This document shows positions 1 to 8,848 of a stretch of DNA of 64,000 bases, piece after piece (within the stretch, counting starts at the first letter, position 1; each line of letters begins with the position of its first letter). The stretch is taken from NCBI GenBank assembly GCA_963663225.1, contig OY760142.1:1184001-1248000 (forward strand). The letters run 5' to 3'. The position numbers and the translations under genes were made by a program. The stretch is from Nitrospirota bacterium (lineage in GTDB: Bacteria > Nitrospirota > UBA9217). A model generated the notes under the pieces. It was not told where the DNA came from. It was given only the letters and a program-made list of their open reading frames with translations, and searched no databases.

Positions 1-195
1 TGTTATTTCAAAAGGCTGTACAAGATTGGGATCTGAAAATGGAACCATTTGCTCTGAAAAGTTGGCGGTTACTTGTCTGACTTTTTTTACCTCACCTTGC
101 GGAGAAAAATGGGACACTGTCTGCTCCGATGCGTAGCCACTGGAGAACAAGAGCGTAATGATTGTACAACCAAATCCCAGCCATGTTCGTCTCAT
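1..195 (-). CDS. N-terminus of a secreted protein, probably bacterial alpha-2-macroglobulin family (runs off window)
   Basis: Not in ORF track. ATG at 195 with GGAG RBS; reads MRRTWLGFGCTIITLLFSSGYASEQTVSHFSPQGEVKKVRQVTANFSEQMVPFSDP, a signal peptide plus an FSPQG..VRQV..FSE.MV motif resembling A2M N-termini. Confidence 0.6.
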   Translation of the reverse strand, partial: MRRTWLGFGCTIITLLFSSGYASEQTVSHFSPQGEVKKVRQVTANFSEQMVPFSDPNLVQPFEIT

Positions 196-562
196 GATTA
201 ACTCCCATAAAATGATATCCGGTTTCTGTTTTTACCTGCAGCCCCTGCGTTTAAACTTTTTCGTCGCAAGAAGGATCTAATTTATCAAGCCGTTATTCTT
301 TTGACCGTGCTGCTCGCTGTGAGGAATTATACTATTTTACAATATGTTCAGGATAAGGAAATTAGTTTTTGCGGCAAGAAGATCTACAGTGTTCTGGAGT
401 GTATACGTTTCTTAAATTCTTAGTCTATTTCTCGATAAAAATTGAGCCTAACACTAATATATACCCTTGTCAACCTTCATAGTATCGTAAATATATGAAG
501 TGAGCATATGGAAATTCCGAAGGGCAAAAAGAATGATTTTTATAGCCGATAGAATTTTTTGG

Positions 563-602
563 TGTAAACTGTTTTTAATGGTTTTGTAACACTCTTGTAA
601 CA
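563..602 (+). promoter_or_regulatory. Pho-box-like (OmpR/PhoB family) direct repeats
   Basis: TGTAAAC(563), TTTAATG(574), TGTAACA(585), TGTAACA(596): exact 11-bp periodicity upstream of the GGDEF gene. Confidence 0.55.
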
Positions 603-656
603 ATTTGGTCGTACAAATATAGTATTCAACTGCTCGAACGAAACGGCGGATCAAGT

Positions 657-1652
657 ATGAATGATCTTTCTTCCATCTCAAAAGAAAATTTTTCAATGCT
701 GGACCTTCAAAATGAAGAAACAACGGCCGGTTCTTTTATCAGACCGGCTTTGAGTGTGCCGCCTGACATGATTGCTTCAAAAATCGCTGATTATTTTTTC
801 CGTTTTCCTAAAGTCGAGGCTCTGGCAGTTGTTGATGAGACGAAGCCGGTTGCTCTGGTGACAAGGCAAAAACTTATGGCTAAACTATTGTACCGGTTTG
901 GGCAGGACCTGTTCGGCAAACATCCCATTATCTCTCTCGCCGACACTTCGCCGCTCATTATCAGTGAATTGGAACGTTTAGATGCCGTTATTGCAAAAGC
1001 AATCGAAAGAGACACCAGCGTGGCGTATGATGACATCATTGTTATTGATGAAGGCGGCCGTTTCAAGGGCCTCCTTTCCATGAAAGAGCTGGTGATACAG
1101 CAAAGCAATATTCTCGCTAAAAAAGTCAGTCAAAATCTGCAAATGATCGAAATGTTGAAGGAACTTGCACATCAGGATCCGCTGACCGGTTTATTCAACA
1201 AGAGGCATTTTTTTGAAATAGGGACAGCTCTTCATAATGCTGCTGTGCGCAATAATTTTAAAGTGGCTGTTTTTGTTGCAGATATTGACAATTTCAAGCA
1301 GGTTAACGATACGTATGGACATGACGCCGGTGACGTTGTTCTCATCAGAACCGCGCAATTGCTAAAAAATATTTTCAGGCGACAGGATGATATCATCGGC
1401 AGATTTGGCGGAGATGAATTTTCCGCGATTGTCCTTTTTAACGATATGTCATTTCTTCAGGCGCTCGCAGACAAATTGCGTCGTCATGTTCAGCAACAAA
1501 GCATTGTATACGGTAGAGAGAGAATTCGTATTACCGTGTCTCTCGGCTGCTGCACAAAAAAATTAAGTACGCTAAAGGACATGATAAAAAATGCGGATGA
1601 TTTGCTTTACGAGGCCAAAAGAGGCGGGAAAAATGCTGCCTGTGTTTTATAA
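657..1652 (+). CDS. CBS-like domain + GGDEF diguanylate cyclase
   Basis: DPLTGLFN, DIDNFKQVNDTYGHDAGD, RQDD I-site, intact GGDEF; N-terminal CBS-like pair. Confidence 0.93.
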   Translation: MNDLSSISKENFSMLDLQNEETTAGSFIRPALSVPPDMIASKIADYFFRFPKVEALAVVDETKPVALVTRQKLMAKLLYRFGQDLFGKHPIISLADTSPLIISELERLDAVIAKAIERDTSVAYDDIIVIDEGGRFKGLLSMKELVIQQSNILAKKVSQNLQMIEMLKELAHQDPLTGLFNKRHFFEIGTALHNAAVRNNFKVAVFVADIDNFKQVNDTYGHDAGDVVLIRTAQLLKNIFRRQDDIIGRFGGDEFSAIVLFNDMSFLQALADKLRRHVQQQSIVYGRERIRITVSLGCCTKKLSTLKDMIKNADDLLYEAKRGGKNAACVL

Positions 1653-1676
1653 ATGTTTTTTCTGCAACAGAACAAA

Positions 1677-1708
1677 AAACAGCTGGCTTCTTCTGAAGCC
1701 AGCTGTTT
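1677..1708. terminator. Bidirectional intrinsic terminator; likely the original tRNA-Asn terminator
   Basis: 14-bp stem AAACAGCTGGCTTC-ttct-GAAGCCAGCTGTTT with A/T tracts on both sides, 8 nt from the att core. Confidence 0.8.
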
Positions 1709-1716
1709 CTATTTTA

Positions 1717-1723
1717 TGGCTCC
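1717..1723. repeat. att core (distal junction)
   Basis: TGGCTCCGCG here vs TGGCTCCCCG at the tRNA end; adjacent to the displaced terminator. Confidence 0.75.
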
Positions 1724-1866
1724 GCGAAGATGATAAAAAAGGGCAATGGCGAGAATTAATCTTGATAAATGAGAACTGAACTGTCAATAACGGGCGATTT
1801 ACCGAGTCGGCGTTAGTGACGATTTGCTCTCAAAGGTGATAGCATGTCTACCCTATTTATTCTGCA

Positions 1867-2853
1867 CTAAGTGAGATTTTCTTCTATTGCTCTTCCTAGT
1901 TGTTTTTCCCAGCCCTTACGATGAACTATTCTCGTAAAGCCACTCATCTTACCGCTGAGAAGATCAATACGGCTCATCTTGCTGAGTTTCGCCCAGTCTT
2001 CAAACATCACATAGATTGCGTTACCATATTCAAGATTCTCGAACGCAACAAGTTTATCGGTAAATTGCGCCCCAAAGTATCTGCGAAAACCATTAGTACC
2101 TCGAATAAAAGCAATTGGGTTAAATTTCAGCAGTAAATCATATCTTGAGGCAATCTTTTTTCTGAGTTCGTCTGAGGAAGATCGAAAACCAGAAAAAATT
2201 TTGCTTATTGTTTCATTTCTTTCACCCGTAGGAAGTATTTCCCATTCGAGATAAATAGTTTTTAAATAATCATCTAAAGTAGCCTCGCTCAGAAAGACGT
2301 CGATAATTCCAACATTTTCCTGTAGGAGATTTAAATTGCAAAGCAATTTTTCTTGATATTTTTTATCTATCTTACTCAAAACCTCGTTGACTATAAATTT
2401 TAACACATAAAACTTTTCACCCTTTATTTCTTCTCCTATTAACTCAATCTTAATTTCGATTAAACCCGGTGCAATATAATCTCGCTGATAGATTTCTTTT
2501 TCGAACTCAACTTCATGAGATCCTTTACTCCAATCTCCAAAATTTGGAGTATAAAAAGAATATTTTTTTGTTCGCATGGGTAAATCTTTTCGTACAACCT
2601 CAATACCATTTATGTTCCTTTTGGAATATTTTCCCACTTCTTCTTTAGGGATTAATGTGCTCGGAAATTGCACTTTACCATCTTTTAATTGGATCGACAG
2701 ATGCTTGTATTTGTTAGCGATAATATCGTTTACCGAAATTTTTTTAACACATGCTACAAGAAAATCTTTATTTGAAAATTTAACAATTTTGGCCATTATC
2801 CAACCCGGTATTTTGCGCAGATTCTGTTTCCAACTAATTTTATTTTTTTTCAT
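1867..2853 (-). CDS. 328-aa hypothetical cargo protein (candidate defence effector/toxin)
   Basis: Long AT-rich ORF with GAGGA RBS; C-terminal FENLEYGNAIYV...DW...SR..LL...RIVH..GW segment; family not recognised. Confidence 0.85.
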   Translation of the reverse strand: MKKNKISWKQNLRKIPGWIMAKIVKFSNKDFLVACVKKISVNDIIANKYKHLSIQLKDGKVQFPSTLIPKEEVGKYSKRNINGIEVVRKDLPMRTKKYSFYTPNFGDWSKGSHEVEFEKEIYQRDYIAPGLIEIKIELIGEEIKGEKFYVLKFIVNEVLSKIDKKYQEKLLCNLNLLQENVGIIDVFLSEATLDDYLKTIYLEWEILPTGERNETISKIFSGFRSSSDELRKKIASRYDLLLKFNPIAFIRGTNGFRRYFGAQFTDKLVAFENLEYGNAIYVMFEDWAKLSKMSRIDLLSGKMSGFTRIVHRKGWEKQLGRAIEENLT

Positions 2854-2896
2854 ATCTTGTCCTCTTGGGTGTTGATTGTTATTTTAATTTGAGCAC

Positions 2897-2933
2897 AAAA
2901 AATAAGGGCAGATTATATGATTATAATCTGCCC
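2897..2933 (-). terminator. Intrinsic terminator between the small ORF and the 328-aa gene
   Basis: Perfect 12-bp stem GGGCAGATTATA/TATAATCTGCCC (2906-2933) followed on the minus strand by TTATTTTTT. Confidence 0.7.
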
Positions 2934-2943
2934 CCACTTGCCA

Positions 2944-3063
2944 CTATTTATGAAGCGGCCATGCTTTGTACCCGTAGTCTCTTGCGTCCATGATCACGCC
3001 GGTTTTCCAATGCTTAAACCGGACAACGAACCTGGCTCTCGGTTTCCGTCTCTTTGTTCGCAT
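2944..3063 (-). CDS. Unannotated 39-aa Arg-rich peptide MRTKRRKPRARFVVRFKHWKTGVIMDARDYGYKAWPLHK
   Basis: ATG 3063, TAG 2944, GGAGG 7 nt upstream; below the ORF-track size cutoff. Confidence 0.75.
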   Translation of the reverse strand: MRTKRRKPRARFVVRFKHWKTGVIMDARDYGYKAWPLHK

Positions 3064-3117
3064 AAGCGGTCCTCCATTTCCGGTAGCCCTTAACAGTAGA
3101 CTGTTTATGCTTTTTTG

Positions 3118-3146
3118 TTGACATGTGATATCGCCGGTGATATCAT
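3118..3146 (+). promoter_or_regulatory. Sigma70 promoter with overlapping palindromic operator
   Basis: TTGACA-17bp-TATCAT; near-perfect palindrome TGATATCGCCGGTGATATCA at 3126-3145. Confidence 0.7.
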
Positions 3147-3151
3147 TTTAT

Positions 3152-3249
3152 AACTAGGTGTCTACTGGTGTCCCGCCGGACTACCTCAATAAGCAGGGCA
3201 CAATCTTTTTAAAGCACCCCGCTGGCTGCAACCAGCGGGTTTTGCTTTT
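3152..3249 (+). ncRNA. Putative ~95-nt small RNA
   Basis: Consensus promoter upstream, hairpin CCCGCTGG/CCAGCGGG + TTTTGCTTTT downstream, no plausible ORF between. Confidence 0.5.
3211..3249 (+). terminator. Intrinsic terminator (better U-tract on + strand)
   Basis: Stem 3218-3225/3232-3239 followed by TTTTGCTTTT. Confidence 0.7.
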
Positions 3250-3750
3250 CTAAGCTGCCTTGTCAAGCTCCTTTACTTTTACCTCAACTTCTTGCACAAG
3301 TTTTCCAATTGATAACATAAATACTACTTGTCCTTGATGGGTTAGTGTATCGATTGCTTTCAGGAACTCGGTATCATCTTTTACAACCTTGACTATTGTT
3401 TTGCCGTAAATTAATAGTCGTGCTGTAAGTGGCATTGTTTCTCCCAACTCTTCATTAAGGTACTCGGCGCTTTTACGAATTTGTTGTATTGACATTCCGC
3501 CTTCAAGCAATGCGTTAATTGTGCTTATTTGAATTAAATCGTTAAAACTGTAAATTCTCGAAGAACCCCTCCCTTCCGAGGTTAGAATTGAAGGTTTTAT
3601 CAAACCAGTTCTAACCCAATAATCTAATTGCCGTGGTGAGATGTTCTTAAAAAGCTTTGTTACAGTTTTATTTGTGAATGCCGCCAGCTTCTTCTCCTCC
3701 TTTGAGTGCTCCATACTAAAACCTCCCTCCTGTCTATGCTGCTCGTTCAT
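3250..3750 (-). CDS. MerR-family HTH regulator (alternative start 3714)
   Basis: ISPRQLDYWVRTGLIKPS...GRGSSRIYSFNDL...LLEGGMSIQQIRK MerR motif; RBSs before both 3750 and 3714. Confidence 0.85.
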   Translation of the reverse strand: MNEQHRQEGGFSMEHSKEEKKLAAFTNKTVTKLFKNISPRQLDYWVRTGLIKPSILTSEGRGSSRIYSFNDLIQISTINALLEGGMSIQQIRKSAEYLNEELGETMPLTARLLIYGKTIVKVVKDDTEFLKAIDTLTHQGQVVFMLSIGKLVQEVEVKVKELDKAA

Positions 3751-3770
3751 AACCTCCTTTCCTAGTAATA

Positions 3771-3804
3771 ATGACAAAATATATTTTTTTTGTCATTTTG
3801 TCAA
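3771..3804 (-). promoter_or_regulatory. Promoter of the MerR-like gene with TGACAAAA operator repeats
   Basis: TTGACA(3804-3799)-17bp-TATTTT; TGACAAAA twice direct and once inverted across the promoter. Confidence 0.6.
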
Positions 3805-3837
3805 GTTTTTTGTTTTAGTACACATATTTAGTATTAT

Positions 3838-3864
3838 AACCCCCGTTTTGGTAACACGGGGGTT
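3838..3864 (+). other. Putative nic/dso hairpin for the Rep_trans/MOBT relaxase
   Basis: AACCCCCG-ttttggTAACA-CGGGGGTT resembles the CCCCC..TAACA.GGGGG nick hairpin of ICEBs1/Tn916 oriT. Confidence 0.6.
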
Positions 3865-3918
3865 CAGAAATACATTTCTGTGATTATAATGGATTACATT
3901 TTTCCCTTCATTTTTTAG

Positions 3919-3966
3919 TTGACAGCAGCTCATGCTAATGCTACTATACCAATAGTAGTATAGTGG
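3919..3966 (+). promoter_or_regulatory. Sigma70 promoter of the RHH-rep-integrase operon with inverted-repeat operator
   Basis: TTGACA(3919)-17bp-TACTAT(3942); CTACTATAC...GTATAGTGG inverted repeat over -10/+1. Confidence 0.7.
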
Positions 3967-4008
3967 TATTTAAGTATAAAATAACTTAAAAAAGAGAAGG
4001 TATAGCTT

Positions 4009-4287
4009 ATGAGAAAAAAAATCACATTATCTCTTGATCCAGACGTTTATGATGCACTGCAGGAATTACCAAGGAAAGTTTCAATTTCAGAGTTTATTTC
4101 GTGGTGTGTAAAAGCAGCGTTTGAAGACATCAAGCGCGGTCACGTTATGAGTGATGAGGAATTTAAAAAATGGCTTGAAAGTTCTCCAGATGCAAAAGAG
4201 TTTCGTGATCGCCTAAAAGAACAATGGGGCCCGACTGTTCGAAAAATTGATGATAAATTGCATCTCCGAAAAAATCAAAATGAATAA
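4009..4287 (+). CDS. Ribbon-helix-helix (CopG-like) DNA-binding protein
   Basis: MRKKITLSLDPDVYDALQEL..SISEFI strand-helix-helix pattern; directly upstream of rep. Confidence 0.65.
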   Translation: MRKKITLSLDPDVYDALQELPRKVSISEFISWCVKAAFEDIKRGHVMSDEEFKKWLESSPDAKEFRDRLKEQWGPTVRKIDDKLHLRKNQNE

Positions 4288-5368
4288 CCGCGATCACAAT
4301 AAACTTTTACTTCATGGGATAGATACTATCCAATGTGCTTACTTTATGCAACGCTTTAAGGAGATCGGGCTCGACTTTCAACTGCTAATATCGCAAAAGG
4401 AAAAGATCTGTCAATCTAAATACAAAAATCCTCTTCCTATTACGCTTGGTAATTCAGAATTTTTACTTCAACCATACGGCACTAGATCAGGATTTCCACT
4501 AGTGATTTCAAATCAAGATTTCAAAATCGAATTCGGCGAATTTAATAATCCTAATTTCTTCGTGACGTTCAGCAGTCAGGCCCTTTGGCGTGAATCCGCG
4601 TTGTTTCTTCATAATAAGTTTCTAGCATGGGCTAGGTCAGTAGGTTACGGGTCATTCAAGCCTGAAAGCTTGTCTCGTGTTGATTTTTCTTTTGATTATC
4701 ATATACAACATATTGACTTTAATGAAGACTCGTTTATCAGCCGTTCATCTAAGGATAGTCAGTATAGAGAAGATGGAAAAATTCAAACTTTCATGTTCGG
4801 CAAAGGTGATATAGTTTTACGCATTTACGATAAGGTTGCAGAAATAAAACAACAAAGCGACAAAGTCTGGTTTTTTCTTTTATGGGGCAGAGACGATGAC
4901 GTTTGGCGTATCGAATGGCAAGTGAGAAAAAATATACTCCGACGATTTGATATTAAGACTTTTGACGATTTAATTAATCAGCAAGGTGATTTGCTTACCT
5001 ATTTGGCTACTGAACATGACACATTGCGTATTCCGACAGACGACAAAAATGCTTCCCGAGATTGGCCGTTACATCCTCTATGGAAAGACTTGCAAGATAG
5101 AATCAAGGAATTAAGTCATCTTGGCATTTATAAGGTTATTGGAGACAGTGCCATTTTGGAAGAACGCACGATGCGCATGATTATATCTATGTATGGCTAT
5201 TTAAAGCGTATTGCCGCTATTAAATGTATCCAATCAAAACAACCCATGCTTTCGCCTGAGAAAGCATTAAATCATTTTGGCAACATGATCAATAAAATTC
5301 ATGAACCTCTTGATTGGGAAAATGACGTATCGAGACGCATCAAGGAAATGCAACTGGGGAAATGGTAA
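4280..5368 (+). CDS. Rep_trans-family replication initiator / MOBT-like relaxase
   Basis: GIDT, SRVDFSFD, FGKG..LRIYDK (catalytic Tyr), WRIEWQ motifs. Confidence 0.85.
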   Translation: MNNRDHNKLLLHGIDTIQCAYFMQRFKEIGLDFQLLISQKEKICQSKYKNPLPITLGNSEFLLQPYGTRSGFPLVISNQDFKIEFGEFNNPNFFVTFSSQALWRESALFLHNKFLAWARSVGYGSFKPESLSRVDFSFDYHIQHIDFNEDSFISRSSKDSQYREDGKIQTFMFGKGDIVLRIYDKVAEIKQQSDKVWFFLLWGRDDDVWRIEWQVRKNILRRFDIKTFDDLINQQGDLLTYLATEHDTLRIPTDDKNASRDWPLHPLWKDLQDRIKELSHLGIYKVIGDSAILEERTMRMIISMYGYLKRIAAIKCIQSKQPMLSPEKALNHFGNMINKIHEPLDWENDVSRRIKEMQLGKW

Positions 5369-5592
5369 CTCTAGATAAAATAGAACAGTTAGTTAAAGTA
5401 CGTCAGAAGAATATTTTGCGCTATATTGAATTATTGGATTTACCGCAAGCGCAGTTTTCTACACTTCGCAAATTACTTTTTGATGAACTGGGTCGGACTG
5501 GACTTATCAAGGAATTAGCTGGGGTTTTAGGTAGTCAGGAACGAAACGGATCGGGCAGGAATATATTGAGCAAAGAAGGCGGTGCACCATGA
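5362..5592 (+). CDS. 76-aa hypothetical element protein
   Basis: Overlaps rep stop; AAGGA RBS. Confidence 0.7.
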   Translation: MVTLDKIEQLVKVRQKNILRYIELLDLPQAQFSTLRKLLFDELGRTGLIKELAGVLGSQERNGSGRNILSKEGGAP

Positions 5593-5745
5593 TTGGGCAA
5601 GACAAAAAACCGTGAAGAACTTATCATTGATGCTAATATTTCTTTGCCGGATGAAATATCAGCGCCGGAAATTAGATTACTGGAATTTTTTTTCCCGGAA
5701 TTGTTAAAAGACGTTTTGATGCAAGTGGAACAAAATAAGGAGTAA
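5593..5745 (+). CDS. Unannotated 50-aa acidic protein upstream of the integrase
   Basis: TTG start right after the previous stop; LGKTKNREELIIDANISLPDEISAPEIRLLEFFFPELLKDVLMQVEQNKE fills the gap exactly. Confidence 0.55.
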   Translation: MGKTKNREELIIDANISLPDEISAPEIRLLEFFFPELLKDVLMQVEQNKE

Positions 5746-5749
5746 AATT

Positions 5750-7418
<1,669 letters not shown>

Positions 7419-7549
7419 ATAGTTTGAAATATGCTAGACTACTAATTTATATTGTCAGGCAGGTATAGATACCACATACAACGGTTTCTGTCAACCAGAT
7501 ATTTTTCTAAAGGAGCAGCATAGGACTAGAGTACACAGCCGTTTTGTTA

Positions 7550-8143
7550 TCAACCTCCCTGTCCTTTTTTCAGCTCCAGAATTACCAATTTTGCGATAGA
7601 TTTAAGGGTATCAAACACTCCCGTGCCTTCAGTTGCTACCGCCTCAAAATCGGGAACTCCGCGCTGATTGAGTGCCATCTTCATTTCACCCAGCGGCACG
7701 ATGTTCGGTAAATCCCGTTTATTGTATTGAATCGTAAATGGCACTTTGTTTAAATCATACCCCTGATCTGCAAGGTTCACCCGCAGGTTTTCTATGCTTT
7801 CTATGTTGGCTTCCATGCGCTCAACCTGGGAATCCGCCACAAAAACAACACCGTCTACACCCTTTAAAATGAGCTTGCGGCTGGCATCATAAAACACCTG
7901 ACCGGGCACGGTGTAAAGATGAAACCTTGTTTTAAAACCCCGTATTTCACCCAGCGCAAGCGGCAAAAAATCGAAAAATAAAGTCCGTTCTGTTTCGGTT
8001 GCAAGGGATATCATCTTGCCCTTGCTGTCAGGGTTGGTTTTTTTATAGATCCATTGCAAATTGGTTGTCTTCCCGCACAAACCGGGACCATAAAAGACTA
8101 TTTTGCAGTTAATTTCTCTCGAGGAATAATTGATAAAGGACAT
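7550..8143 (-). CDS. mglA: Small Ras-like GTPase MglA
   Basis: MSFINYSSREINCKIVFYGPGLCGKTTNL, TVPGQ, NKRD. Confidence 0.97.
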   Translation of the reverse strand: MSFINYSSREINCKIVFYGPGLCGKTTNLQWIYKKTNPDSKGKMISLATETERTLFFDFLPLALGEIRGFKTRFHLYTVPGQVFYDASRKLILKGVDGVVFVADSQVERMEANIESIENLRVNLADQGYDLNKVPFTIQYNKRDLPNIVPLGEMKMALNQRGVPDFEAVATEGTGVFDTLKSIAKLVILELKKGQGG

Positions 8144-8193
8144 GGACCGAAGTTCCTCTCCTTAAGCGTTCAGAAAACTGTGCGGTTGGACGA

Positions 8194-8688
8194 CTACCCA
8201 AAAAGTTTATCAATATCTTCATCAGTTATCTCGGCAAAGGGAGATTCTACACCCTTATCTGCTCCTTTTTCTGATTCTACTTTTTGAAGAAGATGGCCAA
8301 ATATACTGCCGAGCGATTCAGTGGTCTTCTTCACTCGAAGCCGGACAAGCCCGAGTGATGAGCGCTGGTCGAAAATAACCACCAGGATGACGCGCTGGCC
8401 GATGATGGAAATGTGAATGTTATCGCGCTGGCCTTCATGGAAAAGAATCGAAAATTCTTTTTCTCCCAGCAGTTTCGCCATGCCGCCGGTGGCTGCGATA
8501 TTCCCGGCCGTCAGTGATGCAAGAGACGTTGTATCCAGGTTGTCGGTCTCGCCGGTAGCTGCAATGAGCTGGCCGTTCTTATCGACAAGAAAGACAACTT
8601 TAGCGTTCGCTTGCTGAAGAAGACGCTGAAGTTCCGCGTCTATTTGCTTAAATTCTTCTTCGTACATTACCAAATCGGAGCCCAGCAT
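8194..8688 (-). CDS. mglB: Roadblock/LC7 GTPase-activating protein MglB
   Basis: LDTTSLASLTAGNIAATGG, SSLGLVRLRVKK; adjacent to mglA. Confidence 0.96.
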   Translation of the reverse strand: MLGSDLVMYEEEFKQIDAELQRLLQQANAKVVFLVDKNGQLIAATGETDNLDTTSLASLTAGNIAATGGMAKLLGEKEFSILFHEGQRDNIHISIIGQRVILVVIFDQRSSLGLVRLRVKKTTESLGSIFGHLLQKVESEKGADKGVESPFAEITDEDIDKLFG

Positions 8689-8788
8689 GTTTACCTCTCC
8701 TTGTTCAATAATACCTCGGTACCTCTTTGCGGCTGGAGGTAATTAAAGCATACTGCTTACCGGATTTCAAGCTTTATTTGTCGACGGC

Positions 8789-8822
8789 AAAGAAAATAGC
8801 CGGGTGAAAAAGCACCCGGCTA
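8789..8822 (-). terminator. Terminator of the por operon
   Basis: TAGCCGGGTG/CACCCGGCTA stem with T-tract on minus strand. Confidence 0.75.
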
Positions 8823-8848
8823 GATATTCTTTTCTGAAAGAAATTTTA

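Noticed and set aside
1591-1779. 62-aa ORF across the left element boundary
   Set aside because: Overlaps the GGDEF gene and terminator; only its last 20 codons are meaningful, as the attP-form integrase tail
5590-5592. TGA in frame between the 76-aa and 50-aa ORFs (possible selenocysteine or readthrough)
   Set aside because: No redox-motif context or evident SECIS hairpin; a coupled TTG start is simpler
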